Position numbers and translations under genes: made by a program. Positions 8,192-17,869 of a DNA stretch of 64,000 bases are shown piece after piece. The notes under the pieces were generated by a model. That model ran no database searches. It saw only the letters and a program-made list of their open reading frames with translations, and was not told the origin of the DNA. The first letter of the stretch is position 1. Every line of letters starts with the position of its first letter. The stretch comes from Actinomycetota bacterium (GTDB lineage Bacteria; Actinomycetota; Thermoleophilia; Solirubrobacterales; Solirubrobacteraceae): positions 2,186 to 66,185 of the forward strand of contig WLNJ01000005.1 of NCBI GenBank assembly GCA_009699865.1, in the 5' to 3' direction.

Positions 8192-8848
8192 ATGACGATA
8201 GATACGGCAAAGCGACCAAGCCTTACCGGCATCAAGCTCGGTGCTGACCCACAGGCGTGGGCGGCGGCAGGGTTCACCATCAGTGGGCGCGCGCTGGCTG
8301 TTGGCGGTGTGACAATTGAGTTCACTACCCCGATTGGCGGGATTGAGTGTCTGGTGTTTGATCATCTCCCCGAAGGGGTCACGGACATTGACGGTTTGCC
8401 GGCCGAAGTGGGACCCGCACTAGCCGACGCAGACCATGAGAACGGGGTCTATTCGATTGATCAGGTTGTCATTGCCACCCCAGAGTTCGACCGCACCGCC
8501 CAGGTGATGCGCGATATGGCACTCGGGTTCACTCGTGAGGCCGTGCGTGAGACTGAGGACGGAACAGAAGTCCGCCAGGGGTTTGTTCGCTCAGGCGATG
8601 CTGTCCTTGAGGTTGTGCACGCTGAAAACGTGACGGGTGAGCACGCCCACGGTTGGGGTCTGGGCTTCATAACGGCAGACCTTGACAAGGCGATCCACGA
8701 CCTAGAGGGGCTGATCGGCCCGCCCCGCGAGGCAATTCAGCCAGGCCGCCGGATCGCGACCATCAGGCGCGATGCGAACCTTGGTATCCCCGTGGTTCTG
8801 ATGGACCCTGAGCAGGCGGAAACGGACGAGGGCGCAGACAAGCCCTAA
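8192..8848 (+). CDS. hypothetical protein, possibly glyoxalase/VOC-like fold
   Basis: 218-aa ORF with coding-like composition. The fold assignment is only a weak impression (IDQVVIATPEFDRTAQ..., LEVVH). Confidence 0.35.
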   Translation: MTIDTAKRPSLTGIKLGADPQAWAAAGFTISGRALAVGGVTIEFTTPIGGIECLVFDHLPEGVTDIDGLPAEVGPALADADHENGVYSIDQVVIATPEFDRTAQVMRDMALGFTREAVRETEDGTEVRQGFVRSGDAVLEVVHAENVTGEHAHGWGLGFITADLDKAIHDLEGLIGPPREAIQPGRRIATIRRDANLGIPVVLMDPEQAETDEGADKP

Positions 8849-8894
8849 TCGGCACGAGGGCGGCCTGTTGGCAGCCGGAGTAGGTTCTGCGGCC

Positions 8895-9716
8895 ATGGCC
8901 GACGCCGTATACATCCCTCTCGGTGACAACCGCTATATGCCCACGGCACTTGCCCGTGGGCCATGGAGTCCCGACCACCAGCACGGCGGCGCACCAACCG
9001 GCTTACTGACTCGCGCGGTTGAACAGGTGCCGACAGGCCAGCCGATGCGCTTGACACGAATCACCTTCGACTTCCTTGGCGCACTGACTTTGGACGAGAT
9101 GACCGTCCGCACGGAAGTTGTGCGACCAGGTAAACGCGTGCAGTGGGTTTCAGCTGTGATCGAGAGCGGTGGCCGGGATGTTCTCCGGGCGATGGCGCTG
9201 TTCATGCGCACGGAGGAGGCCACCTCCCCTGTTGTTGACCTTCAGCCAGCCCCCCTTCCGCTGCCCGGGGACGACCTTCCCAGCGCGGTTGATGAACTCA
9301 ACGCCGGGGAGATGTTCGCGGGTTCGGCCGTTGACATCCGCCTTGCGGGGCAAAAAGATTCATGGATTGCACAGGGTCCAGGGCGCGCTTGGTTCCGCCT
9401 CAAAGTGCCGCTCGTGCAAGGTGAGACGCCAACGCCTCAGCAGCGTGCGGTCAGTGCCGCGGACTTCGGCAATGGCATCAGCGCAGCCCTCGACTGGGGA
9501 GAGTGGCTCTTCGTCAATTCAGACCTGACCGTGAACCTGCTCCGAGTGCCGCAAGGTGAGTGGATCTCGCTCGACTCGGTGATGCGCATCGGGGGGGATG
9601 GCACGGCCCTGACTGAGACCCGCCTAGCTGACGTCGAGGGCGGTATTGGGACTGCGGCACAGAGCCTGTTCGTTGCGCCCTCACCAGGCGCAAGTTCGTT
9701 CGGCAAGAACGCCTGA
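8895..9716 (+). CDS. acyl-CoA thioesterase-like (double hotdog) protein
   Basis: MADAVYIPLGDNRYMPTALARGPWSPDHQHGGAPTGLL matches the N-terminal pattern of thioesterase-like superfamily proteins. The internal ATG 8895 is preferred over the ORF start 8868. Confidence 0.55.
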   Translation: MADAVYIPLGDNRYMPTALARGPWSPDHQHGGAPTGLLTRAVEQVPTGQPMRLTRITFDFLGALTLDEMTVRTEVVRPGKRVQWVSAVIESGGRDVLRAMALFMRTEEATSPVVDLQPAPLPLPGDDLPSAVDELNAGEMFAGSAVDIRLAGQKDSWIAQGPGRAWFRLKVPLVQGETPTPQQRAVSAADFGNGISAALDWGEWLFVNSDLTVNLLRVPQGEWISLDSVMRIGGDGTALTETRLADVEGGIGTAAQSLFVAPSPGASSFGKNA

Positions 9717-9776
9717 TTAGCCCAATAACCCCGCAAATAGCGGGGCTTGTTGGTTGGCAGGTGACACGCGGGGGGC

Positions 9777-10097
9777 TTGGTTGGTAGTTTCGCGGTCGTG
9801 GAAGCCGGAGTCGTACTCAGGAATAGGTTGGTGGTCGCAACGAACACGTGGCGTACCCACGTGGGCGGACCCCTTCCCAAAATTCCAAAGGGTCATCCAC
9901 AGGATCAGATCGAAGCCTTCGAGATGGCACTGATCGAACGCCTTGCAGCAGACGCGACACCGCAGAACGCCAGCGAGGTCGCAGAGCGCACTTGGGACCT
10001 TGTTCATGATCGTCCTGAAGACGATCCGATCAAGGCCAGAGTGATGGAGCTTCACACCGAGCTGATCAAGCTCGGACCGCCCATCATCGAGCCGTAG
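9777..10097 (+). CDS. possible small hypothetical protein
   Basis: Only the C-terminal two-thirds looks protein-like (...QIEAFEMALIERLAADATPQNASEVAERTWDLVHDRPEDDPIKARVMELHTELIKLG). The start is unclear and an overlapping antisense ORF exists. Confidence 0.3.
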   Translation: MVGSFAVVEAGVVLRNRLVVATNTWRTHVGGPLPKIPKGHPQDQIEAFEMALIERLAADATPQNASEVAERTWDLVHDRPEDDPIKARVMELHTELIKLGPPIIEP

Positions 10098-10116
10098 CCC
10101 CCGGGAATACTTACCC

Positions 10117-10139
10117 GTCACCCCGGAGTCACCCCGGGA
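10117..10139 (+). repeat. tandem direct repeat GTCACCCCGG(G)A x2 in the csp upstream region
   Basis: gtcaccccgga (10117-10127) is followed immediately by gtcaccccggga (10128-10139). Confidence 0.7.
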
Positions 10140-10270
10140 GTGCTAGCGTTTAGCTCGTAAGGTCGAACCTTTCGGGGAACGACGAAGTCAGTGCAGTGCA
10201 AGCGAGCAGTGTGCTCCCCAATGGGAAGTTCCGCAACGCAGCACCAGCAGTTAAAAAGGAAGGGCATAAA

Positions 10271-10474
10271 TTGCCTACCGGAACAGTTAAGTGGTTCAGA
10301 GACGACAAGGGCTTCGGCTTCATCACACCAGACGATGGTGCTCAGGACCTGTTCGTGCATTACTCAGCCATTGGTGGCCAGGGTTACCGCTCACTCAGTG
10401 AGGGTGCCAAGGTTTCTTATGAAGAGGAAGCCGGCGAAAAAGGGCCTAAGGCCGTTAACGTCGCTCTGATCTAA
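10271..10474 (+). CDS. cspA: cold-shock protein (CspA family)
   Basis: A TTG start gives [32 protein letters not shown], containing the RNP1 and RNP2 motifs. AAGGAAGG lies about 7 nt upstream. The product is 67 aa, the typical size. Confidence 0.9.
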   Translation: MPTGTVKWFRDDKGFGFITPDDGAQDLFVHYSAIGGQGYRSLSEGAKVSYEEEAGEKGPKAVNVALI

Positions 10475-10491
10475 ATCAGACACCATGGGGA

Positions 10492-10531
10492 GCCGCCTTT
10501 GACCGTAAGGTCAGGGCGGCTTTTCTGTTTT
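10492..10531 (+). terminator. intrinsic terminator after csp
   Basis: GC-rich stem gccgcc(t)ttgacc / ggtcagggcggc with loop gtaa, followed by ttttctgtttt. Confidence 0.8.
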
Positions 10532-10581
10532 CTGGGTGAGGGTCCCGGCAGGATTGCCAGCCGGTTCTGCGAAGATCAACC

Positions 10582-11493
10582 TTGATGTCCCACCCTTCTG
10601 GTCCCTCAAACCGCGCGCTTGTACGCCGCCGCCGAGCCGCTGCCCTGCTGCTCTTGGCCGTGGCAGTTGCAGCCGTTGGCTGGGGGTTGACCTCATCCAG
10701 TGTCACTCCCTCGGGTTCGCGTGTTGCATCTTCGGCCGCATCCAGCCCTTCAACGTCTGTTTCAACTGCGACGACGACTACCCAGGCCGCTGACCCCGTC
10801 ACCAACTTGCAGGCGATCACCCCCTTGGTGCCGGGCACGACCCATGTGATCACTGAGGCGGCCCCCTCGGCCGTTAGTAAGCGGCAGGTGGCGCTGACCT
10901 TTGACGATGGCTTCTGCCCCAGCTGTGTCAAGAAGATCGTTGATGTGTTGGTGCAGACAGGGGCCCACGCGACGTTCTTCCCTAATGGCCGCTACTCCGC
11001 GAGCTGGGAGCCCCAGGCCGCTCGAATCAAAGAGATGGTCGCCAACGGGCAACTGACATTGGGTAATCACACCTTCAGCCACAACACCTCAACAACAATT
11101 GGTCCGGATGCCTTTGGCCAGGACCTCCAACGCAACGAGGACTGGATTGAGAAGACCTTCTCCCTCACCGGGCGCCCATGGTTCCGCCCTCCATATGGGG
11201 ACTACAACTCGGGAACCTTGGATAAGGCCGGGCAGCTGGGCTACACCAAGGTCGTGATGTGGTCGGGGACTGTTGCAGACTCAAGCCTGCGAACCCCGAA
11301 GTACATCCTCAACGCGATCAAGTACTGGGCCAAGCCAGGGCGGATCATCCTGATGCACGGCAACTACCCGCCGACCGCGCAAGTGCTTCCACAGATCCTG
11401 ACCATGCTCAAGCGCATGAACCTCACTCCAGTGACGATGTCTGAGCTGTCCCAGGGCGGTACGCGCTCAAGTAGTCCCAGCACCGGATATTAG
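10582..11493 (+). CDS. membrane-anchored polysaccharide deacetylase (NodB homology domain)
   Basis: N-terminal TM segment (AALLLLAVAVAAVGW), a Ser/Thr-rich linker, and then the NodB motifs VALTFDDG, GNHTFSH and RPPYG. Confidence 0.8.
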   Translation: MMSHPSGPSNRALVRRRRAAALLLLAVAVAAVGWGLTSSSVTPSGSRVASSAASSPSTSVSTATTTTQAADPVTNLQAITPLVPGTTHVITEAAPSAVSKRQVALTFDDGFCPSCVKKIVDVLVQTGAHATFFPNGRYSASWEPQAARIKEMVANGQLTLGNHTFSHNTSTTIGPDAFGQDLQRNEDWIEKTFSLTGRPWFRPPYGDYNSGTLDKAGQLGYTKVVMWSGTVADSSLRTPKYILNAIKYWAKPGRIILMHGNYPPTAQVLPQILTMLKRMNLTPVTMSELSQGGTRSSSPSTGY

Positions 11494-11541
11494 GCGCGGC
11501 GACCCTCCGGCGGGCTGGCTCCGTTCGGTAGTCTGCGCCGC

Positions 11542-12702
11542 ATGACCGAATCAATTCCCCAGTACTCCCTTACAGACGAGCAGCTTGCCATCCGCGACAT
11601 GGTTCGCCAGATCACAGAAGAGCGCATCGCCCCCCGCGCAGCTGAGATTGATGCCAAGGGCGAATACCCACACGACTTGCGCAAGCTCCTAGGCGAACAG
11701 GGCATTTACGGGCTCGCGATTCCAGAGGAGTACGGCGGAACTCACACTGATGCGGGCTGCGGCACGCTGACCTTGAATATTGCCGTTGAGGAGATCAGCA
11801 AGGCCTGCGCAAGTACGGCGTTGACTCTGATGGTCGCCGAGTTGGGAACACTTCCAATCAGGATCGCCGGTACCGAGGAGCAGAAGCAGAAGTGGCTGCC
11901 CAAGGTTGCCACGGGCGAGTGGTCATCCGCATTCGGTCTCTCTGAGCCTGAGGCTGGCTCAGACGTTGCCGGCATGCTGACCCGAGCGGTCAAGGATGGC
12001 GACGAGTACGTCATCACAGGGTCCAAGAGTTGGATTACCAACGCTGGGATCGCTGACTATTACATCGTCTTCGCGGTTACTGACAAGGAGGCCAAGCACA
12101 AGGGGATCAGCGCGTTTGTGATGGAAGCTGACCGGCCTGGCTTTGCTGTTACAAGCCTTGAACACAAAATGGGAATCAAGGGCAGCCCGACGGGCAGCCT
12201 TTCCTTCGATGAAGTCCGCCTTCCCGCCGAGAACCTGTTGGGCAGCGAGGGCGAAGGCTTCAAGATCGCAATGCAAACACTTGACCGCAGCCGACTTGGT
12301 GTGGCAGCGCAGGGCCTGGGTATTGCCCAAGGTGCGCTTGACTACGCCAGTGCGTACGCCAAGGAGCGCAAGGCTTTTGGCAAGTCACTGACCGAGTTCC
12401 AAGCAGTCTCAGGCAAGCTTGCCGATGCGGCAATCGGCTGTGCCGCTGGCCGCGAGCTGCTCTACAAGGCTGCCTGTGGCGTGGACCGTCAGGACCCAGG
12501 CTTTGGTGCCATGTCGTCAATGGCGAAGGTGTTCAATGCAGACCATGCGATGAAGACCACCGTCGAGATGGTCCAGGTACTCGGCGGATCAGGCTATGTC
12601 GTTGAGTATCCAATGGAGCGCTTCATGCGCGACGCAAAGATCACCCAGATTTACGAGGGCGCGCAGGAAATCCAGCGCGTCGTCATCGCCCGTTCGCTTT
12701 AG
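11542..12702 (+). CDS. acyl-CoA dehydrogenase
   Basis: 386 aa. GLSEPEAGSDVAGM, WITNAG and the C-terminal QIYEGAQEIQRVVIAR are canonical ACAD motifs. Confidence 0.9.
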   Translation: MTESIPQYSLTDEQLAIRDMVRQITEERIAPRAAEIDAKGEYPHDLRKLLGEQGIYGLAIPEEYGGTHTDAGCGTLTLNIAVEEISKACASTALTLMVAELGTLPIRIAGTEEQKQKWLPKVATGEWSSAFGLSEPEAGSDVAGMLTRAVKDGDEYVITGSKSWITNAGIADYYIVFAVTDKEAKHKGISAFVMEADRPGFAVTSLEHKMGIKGSPTGSLSFDEVRLPAENLLGSEGEGFKIAMQTLDRSRLGVAAQGLGIAQGALDYASAYAKERKAFGKSLTEFQAVSGKLADAAIGCAAGRELLYKAACGVDRQDPGFGAMSSMAKVFNADHAMKTTVEMVQVLGGSGYVVEYPMERFMRDAKITQIYEGAQEIQRVVIARSL

Positions 12703-12716
12703 TCGAAATTGCGGCT

Positions 12717-13541
12717 GTGGGTAAGTCAGAGTTCACGTACACACTGGGCTTTGACCTAGCGTCTAAGCCGAAGACGACCGGGTTCTGCTCCATCAGGTGG
12801 GGTGGGGATGGTCCGTTGCTCAGCCAGCTCTGTGTCGGTGAGACCGCTGAGGGAATTGAACTGCACGACAAGTTCATCTCCAACGGAATCAAGGGTCTCT
12901 ACGGAGGGTTTGATGACGGCCCAATAACCAAGGTTGGGATTGACGCCCCGCTCGGTTGGCCACAACCCTTCGTGGAAGCGATTGCCGCCTACCACGCTGG
13001 AGATCAGTGGCCACTTCCGTTGGACTTCCCCAGGGCGCCATTTGAACGTCGGGAGACCGACCGCTTTGTCAAGGAACAGACCGGCAAGACGGCCCTATCT
13101 GTCAGCACTGACCGGATTGCCTATCCCGCCATGCGGGCCGCGGTCATCCTCAGTGATCTCGCCGCTGCACTCGGCCCGGACAAGGTGGCACGCGATGGGT
13201 CAGGGCTCACCTGTGAGGTCTACCCCGCCGCAGCGCTTCTGATCTGGGCGCCTGAACAGGGCGGCGCTGGAAGTGAGCAGGGCAGCTACAAGAAGGTGGG
13301 CAGCATTCGCGTTCGGCTGGCGGAGATCCTCAAAGACGGGCTGGGACTCTCAGACCCCGATGGGCTTCTGGCGCTGTGCGAGGAGAGCGACGATTGCCTA
13401 GACGCCTTGCTCTCGGCGCTTGTGGCACGCGCGGTTGAGACCGACGCCACGCTCACTCCGCCATCAGATCAGGCGCACCGCCTAGCCCTGACCGAGGGTT
13501 GGATTCACCTTCCCTGCGGTCCGCTCGGCGCGCTTCGGTGA
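12717..13541 (+). CDS. DUF429-like protein (predicted RNase-H-like fold)
   Basis: 274 aa. LGFDLASKPKTTGFC near the N-terminus and VGIDAPLGWP resemble the DUF429 signature. The assignment is from memory only. Confidence 0.45.
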   Translation: MGKSEFTYTLGFDLASKPKTTGFCSIRWGGDGPLLSQLCVGETAEGIELHDKFISNGIKGLYGGFDDGPITKVGIDAPLGWPQPFVEAIAAYHAGDQWPLPLDFPRAPFERRETDRFVKEQTGKTALSVSTDRIAYPAMRAAVILSDLAAALGPDKVARDGSGLTCEVYPAAALLIWAPEQGGAGSEQGSYKKVGSIRVRLAEILKDGLGLSDPDGLLALCEESDDCLDALLSALVARAVETDATLTPPSDQAHRLALTEGWIHLPCGPLGALR

Positions 13542-13611
13542 GCGGCCGTCCCGCCTTCGCAGGTAACCTTCCAGCCATCGCAAACCTCGCCCCAACAAGG
13601 AGCTAACCCCC

Positions 13612-14778
13612 ATGCCAGAAGCAGTCATCGTTGATGCAATCCGTACCCCGATCGGCCGTGCCTTCAAGGGCTCGCTGTCATCACTTCGTCCAGACGAAAC
13701 CCTTGCCTTCATTCTTGATGCTCTGATGGAGCGCAACCCAGGCGTTGACCCCAAGCTTGTTGAAGAGGTCATCTGTGGCTGTGGTCTTCCCCAGGGCCTT
13801 CAGGCCAACAACATTGGTCGCATCGGTGTCCTCCTGAGCAAGCACCTCACACAGGAGACCAACGGTTCAACGATCTCCCGTTACTGCTCATCAGGGCTCG
13901 ACGCAATCCGCGTTGCCTCCAACAATGTCAAGGCAGGACAGGGCGATGTTTACATCGCCGCTGGCGTTGAGTTCGTCTCCAAGTTCAACGAGGCACAGGA
14001 AGCAGTCCGCCCCGATGATCAGAACGAGAACCTCAAGGGCAACAACGGCCAGCCAGACGCCTACATCGCCATGGGCGTAACCGCTGAGAACGTTGCTGAC
14101 CGTTACGGCGTAACTCGCGAAGAGCAGGACGCTTACGCACAGCGCAGCCAAGAGCTTGCTGTCGCAGCTCAGGAGTCCGGCTTCTTTGACCGTGAGATCG
14201 CCCCGATCACCCTTGCTGACGGAACTGTTGTCACCAAGGACGACGGCCCGCGCGCAAGCTCAACCGTTGAGAAGCTCGGAACGCTTGAAGGCGCATTCCG
14301 TGAAGGTGGCACCGTGACCGCAGGCAACGCCTGCCCACTCAATGATGGGGCCGCAGCTTGCCTGATCATGAGCGCCGAGAAGGCCGCCGAGCTTGGCCTG
14401 AAGCCACGCGCACGCATCATCACCGCAGCCACTTATGGCAACGAGCCTGAGTACATGGGCGTTGCTCCGATTGGCGCAATCAAGAAGGTCCTCGAGCGGG
14501 CCAACCTGACAATGGATGACATTGATGTTGTCGAGCTGAACGAGGCTTTCGCAGCCCAGGTGATTCCGATCGCCAAGGAATGTGGAATCGATATGGCCAA
14601 GCTCAACCCACACGGTGGAGCAATCGCTCTCGGTCACCCATTCGGAATGACCGGCGTTCGCATCATGACCACCCTCCTCAATGACCTTGAGACCATGGGC
14701 GGCCGTTACGGCCTTGAGACCATGTGTGTCGCACAGGGTCAGGGCAACGCAATGATCGTGGAGCGCCTCGACGCATAG
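13612..14778 (+). CDS. acetyl-CoA C-acyltransferase (thiolase)
   Basis: 388 aa with [19 protein letters not shown], active-site region [17 protein letters not shown] and [14 protein letters not shown]. Confidence 0.9.
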   Translation: MPEAVIVDAIRTPIGRAFKGSLSSLRPDETLAFILDALMERNPGVDPKLVEEVICGCGLPQGLQANNIGRIGVLLSKHLTQETNGSTISRYCSSGLDAIRVASNNVKAGQGDVYIAAGVEFVSKFNEAQEAVRPDDQNENLKGNNGQPDAYIAMGVTAENVADRYGVTREEQDAYAQRSQELAVAAQESGFFDREIAPITLADGTVVTKDDGPRASSTVEKLGTLEGAFREGGTVTAGNACPLNDGAAACLIMSAEKAAELGLKPRARIITAATYGNEPEYMGVAPIGAIKKVLERANLTMDDIDVVELNEAFAAQVIPIAKECGIDMAKLNPHGGAIALGHPFGMTGVRIMTTLLNDLETMGGRYGLETMCVAQGQGNAMIVERLDA

Positions 14779-14803
14779 GCGACAGCCACTAAGGCTTTAC
14801 AGG

Positions 14804-14845
14804 CCCGTTCCACTCCAGACGTTGGGGTGGGGCGGGTTTTGTTTT
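14804..14845 (+). terminator. intrinsic terminator after the thiolase gene
   Basis: 13-bp stem cccgttccactcc / ggggtggggcggg with three G-U pairs, loop agacgtt, then ttttgtttt. Confidence 0.75.
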
Positions 14846-14872
14846 GGCGCCCGACGGTTTGAGTAGTGGGCC

Positions 14873-15391
14873 CTAGGGCCGGCCGAGCCGAGCGTTTTCG
14901 AGCCGTTTGGTCCACTCGTCATTTGCACGCTGGACCTTTTCAGTTCCGATTGAGCTTGAGGTGTCCTTGCGGGCCATCGCTGAGGTATCGAGCCGGTCGA
15001 ATTCCTCACGGGCACGGTCGAAGGTGGCTTGGATGTCCTCAAAGTTGGCTGCGCGTAAGCCCTTGATCAGGTCCTTACGGAGCTGGATCTCTGCCTTAGG
15101 TGAGAGCACCTTGAGCTTCTTGGTGCGCGGTGCGGCTGCCGAACGGCCCGGTCCAGTTTTGGCTCGCCCTGAGCCGCGCAGCAATGCTCGCGACGTAGCC
15201 AGCTCATCGTTTGTCAGAGCTGCGTACATCGTCTTGATGGCTTCCGGCGAACGGCTGTCAACAAGGCTGTAGTTGAGGACTCGCAGAACTTCGCGCTTGC
15301 GAGCAGTTCCAGCTAGCTCAGTCATTTGTCCTGCGGCCGCGGAGGTGGAGCCTGAGGGGCGTTCGCGATCCCAATTCATCTTGCTGGCCAT
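14873..15391 (-). CDS. hypothetical protein (basic, predicted helical)
   Basis: 172-aa ORF with no recognisable motif. It is the longest ORF at the locus. Confidence 0.45.
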   Translation of the reverse strand: MASKMNWDRERPSGSTSAAAGQMTELAGTARKREVLRVLNYSLVDSRSPEAIKTMYAALTNDELATSRALLRGSGRAKTGPGRSAAAPRTKKLKVLSPKAEIQLRKDLIKGLRAANFEDIQATFDRAREEFDRLDTSAMARKDTSSSIGTEKVQRANDEWTKRLENARLGRP

Positions 15392-15442
15392 GTGGGTCCA
15401 GCCTAGCCGTCGGGGCTGGGAGAGCCGGAGCTGGTTTGCGGG

Positions 15443-15859
15443 CTAGTCCTCTTGGACTTGCAGCACTGAGAACTCCACGGCGTGGATTTCATTCTCATCA
15501 ATCACCATCACCAGTTGGTACGGGCCTGGTGTGGGGAAGACAACACCACGGAAGTTGAAGGTCATGGTCAACTTCTCCTCCGCGACGTCGTCTATCGCGT
15601 CACGGTCCCGCTGGGAGACCATCTCCGTGCGCGTGCGGGCAACTTCCTCGCCATCGGGGCCTTGAACGATCAGTTCAAACACATGGTCAGCGAGAACCTC
15701 ATCCGCTGGCACAACCAGCCGCAACGCAACATCAAACGATCCATGCGCATGGGGGAAGGACTGTGCCGTGAGGAAATCCCAACCAGCGCCGTAAATATCG
15801 AGCTTGCCATCGGGGCGCTGGATCGCCCCGTCAGCCAGGAGTGCGTAATCAATCCTCAT
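15443..15859 (-). CDS. hypothetical protein
   Basis: Starts MRIDYALLADGAIQRPDGKLDIYGAGWD... The internal ATG 15859 is preferred to the ORF start 15895. No function recognised. Confidence 0.5.
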   Translation of the reverse strand: MRIDYALLADGAIQRPDGKLDIYGAGWDFLTAQSFPHAHGSFDVALRLVVPADEVLADHVFELIVQGPDGEEVARTRTEMVSQRDRDAIDDVAEEKLTMTFNFRGVVFPTPGPYQLVMVIDENEIHAVEFSVLQVQED

Positions 15860-15914
15860 GAGGTCAGGGTAGCGGCGTGGGGCAAATCGCCACACGTGAA
15901 GCCCTGGCCAACCA

Positions 15915-16400
15915 TCAGCCTGCGGCCATACCTTGGAAGCCGACGGTGATCAGCAGGGTTGCGAAGATTGTCATTCCGATTATTGGGGCCCAAGCCCGCT
16001 TGGCGTTTTCGTCCTTAGGGCCTAGGACGACGAGGATTACGACACTGGCCAAGTAGAAACCGAAGACGAGCATTGATGCTGCTTCAGCCCGGAGTCCCCA
16101 GTCAAGGATCACCGCAAGAAATGCGAGGAGTGCCCAAGCTAGGTTTGCGAGGCCGACCTCGATCTGGAAACTGTTGCGCTTGCCCAAATCCCAACCCATT
16201 CGAATCGCATCGGAACGGTGGAAGACTGAGTGTCTGATCCAGGAGAGAAAACCGGCCACGCCGACTGCGAGGAGGCACGCGACCCTGAGGGTGGGCTTTT
16301 CGGCGTGAACGGTGCTCAGGCCGATGCCAACGCCGACGGCGCCGGTGGCATAAGTGAGTCCCATCAGTCCTGCTGAGATTCTCGGGTCTTCCTTGGTCAC
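15915..16400 (-). CDS. integral membrane protein (4-5 TM helices)
   Basis: 161 aa, strongly hydrophobic throughout. Confidence 0.6.
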   Translation of the reverse strand: MTKEDPRISAGLMGLTYATGAVGVGIGLSTVHAEKPTLRVACLLAVGVAGFLSWIRHSVFHRSDAIRMGWDLGKRNSFQIEVGLANLAWALLAFLAVILDWGLRAEAASMLVFGFYLASVVILVVLGPKDENAKRAWAPIIGMTIFATLLITVGFQGMAAG

Positions 16401-16489
16401 GCCTGCCGTTCCTTCCTAGCTCGTATGCATTTGAGAGACACGGAGCGGAGGAACCATGATTCCCATACCCCAGTCAGGGATGTTGCCTG

Positions 16490-17260
16490 TTACTTCGGAG
16501 CCATCCTGATCGCGCCGTCCAAGCGAATGGTCTCACCGTTGAGCATTGGGTTGGCGATGATTGCCAAGGCCAGCTGCCCGTACTCGACTGGGTTGCCGAG
16601 GCGAGGGGGGTAAGGAATAGTCGCGCCGAGCGCTTCGCGTGCTTCTTGGGGCAGCGACGCTAGGAGGGGAGTGTCGAAAAGGCCTGGGGCAATCGTGTTG
16701 ACCCGGATGTTGTGGCGGGACAGGTCGCGGGCTGCGGGAAGAGTCATTGCCACCACACCGCCCTTGCTGGCTGCGTAGGCAAGCTGGCCGATCTGACCGT
16801 CGTAGGCCGCGATGCTTGCCGTGTTGACAATCACGCCGCGCTCGCCATCTGGGCCTTCGGGCTCGTTCTCAACCATTGCGGCGGAGGCAAAACGCAAGAC
16901 ATTGAATGTGCCGAGGAGGTTGACGTTAATAACCGTCTCAAAGGGCTGCAGGCTGTGAGCCCCGTGCTTGGAAGCAGTCCTTTCAGCCCAGCCGATGCCA
17001 GCGCAGTTGACGGCGATTCGTAGACCGCCTTCGAGAGCAGCTGCCTGCTGCACGGCTGACTCAACTTGGGTTGGCTCAGTGACGTCCATGTGAGCAAAGC
17101 GGGCGCCGTCGCCAAGCTCTGCCGCGAGTTGCTCGCCGCGCTCTTGATCACGGTCGGCAATTGTCACCTCTGCGCCTGCTGCGTGGAGGGCTCTCGCGGT
17201 CGCTGCTCCAAGTCCGGAGGCGCCGCCAGCGATCAGGGCTGACTTCTTTGCGGTTTCCAT
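16490..17260 (-). CDS. short-chain dehydrogenase, 3-hydroxyacyl-CoA dehydrogenase type-2-like
   Basis: 256 aa with the Rossmann motif [16 protein letters not shown], and catalytic YAASKGGV. Confidence 0.85.
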   Translation of the reverse strand: METAKKSALIAGGASGLGAATARALHAAGAEVTIADRDQERGEQLAAELGDGARFAHMDVTEPTQVESAVQQAAALEGGLRIAVNCAGIGWAERTASKHGAHSLQPFETVINVNLLGTFNVLRFASAAMVENEPEGPDGERGVIVNTASIAAYDGQIGQLAYAASKGGVVAMTLPAARDLSRHNIRVNTIAPGLFDTPLLASLPQEAREALGATIPYPPRLGNPVEYGQLALAIIANPMLNGETIRLDGAIRMAPK

Positions 17261-17296
17261 GGCTGGAGCCTAACCGGGTTTCGGGACTGCTGAGGT

Positions 17297-17869
17297 GTGG
17301 AGTCTCAGGAAGCCAAGGTCTGCGCTGTTAGCATTCACAAAAGAGTGAGTTCTACGCTGATTAGACGCAGTTTGACCGGCCTAGTTTTGGTCGCCCTGAC
17401 GACGGCTGGGCTCTCCCTGCCGGCAGGATCCGTTGGACCAGGGTCTGGCCTTCAAGCTGGGACTGCGCTTGCGGCAACGGCTAACTCCGCGACCTGCAGC
17501 CTTCACCCCCGCGGCGTCATCAACCTCGTTTTCAGCCGGTCGAAGTACCCCAAGATCCGGGCCCACACAGTTGCTGCGATCCGCAAGGGATGGCCACGAG
17601 TACTTGTTGTCAACCGCACTGGTGCCAGCGCGCGCCGTACACGCCTCCTGAGAGGGATTCCGACGCGGCACGGCTATGACCGGGATGAATACCCACCAGC
17701 AGTCGGGCGTGGGCATGGAGTTGGTCTTCAGAGCGGCTCAGGCCCCACTGGCTGGCGGGCTGATGTCGCTTATGTCCCCAGCAAAGAGAACCGCTCGCAC
17801 GGGTCATCCATGGGTGGCAAGCTTCGGAAGTACTGCAACGGAACCAAGTTCCGTTACGTGTTTCAGTAG
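17297..17869 (+). CDS. secreted NucA/NucB-family deoxyribonuclease
   Basis: A signal or TM segment is followed by KYPKIRAHTVAAIRKGWP..VNRTGASARRTRLLRGIPTRHGYDRDEYPPA. This closely parallels Bacillus NucB (RYPETGAHISDAIKAGH...GIPTKPGFDRDEWPMA). Confidence 0.75.
   Translation: MESQEAKVCAVSIHKRVSSTLIRRSLTGLVLVALTTAGLSLPAGSVGPGSGLQAGTALAATANSATCSLHPRGVINLVFSRSKYPKIRAHTVAAIRKGWPRVLVVNRTGASARRTRLLRGIPTRHGYDRDEYPPAVGRGHGVGLQSGSGPTGWRADVAYVPSKENRSHGSSMGGKLRKYCNGTKFRYVFQ

Noticed and set aside
7496-8365. 289-aa minus-strand ORF across the TrpB2 3' half
   Set aside because: It is antisense to a gene with unmistakable TrpB2 motifs, and it has no recognisable domain.
9717-10121. 134-aa minus-strand ORF between the thioesterase-like gene and csp
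   Set aside because: It has no motif, it overlaps the slightly more protein-like plus-strand ORF, and it would run into the csp promoter region. I left it uncalled.
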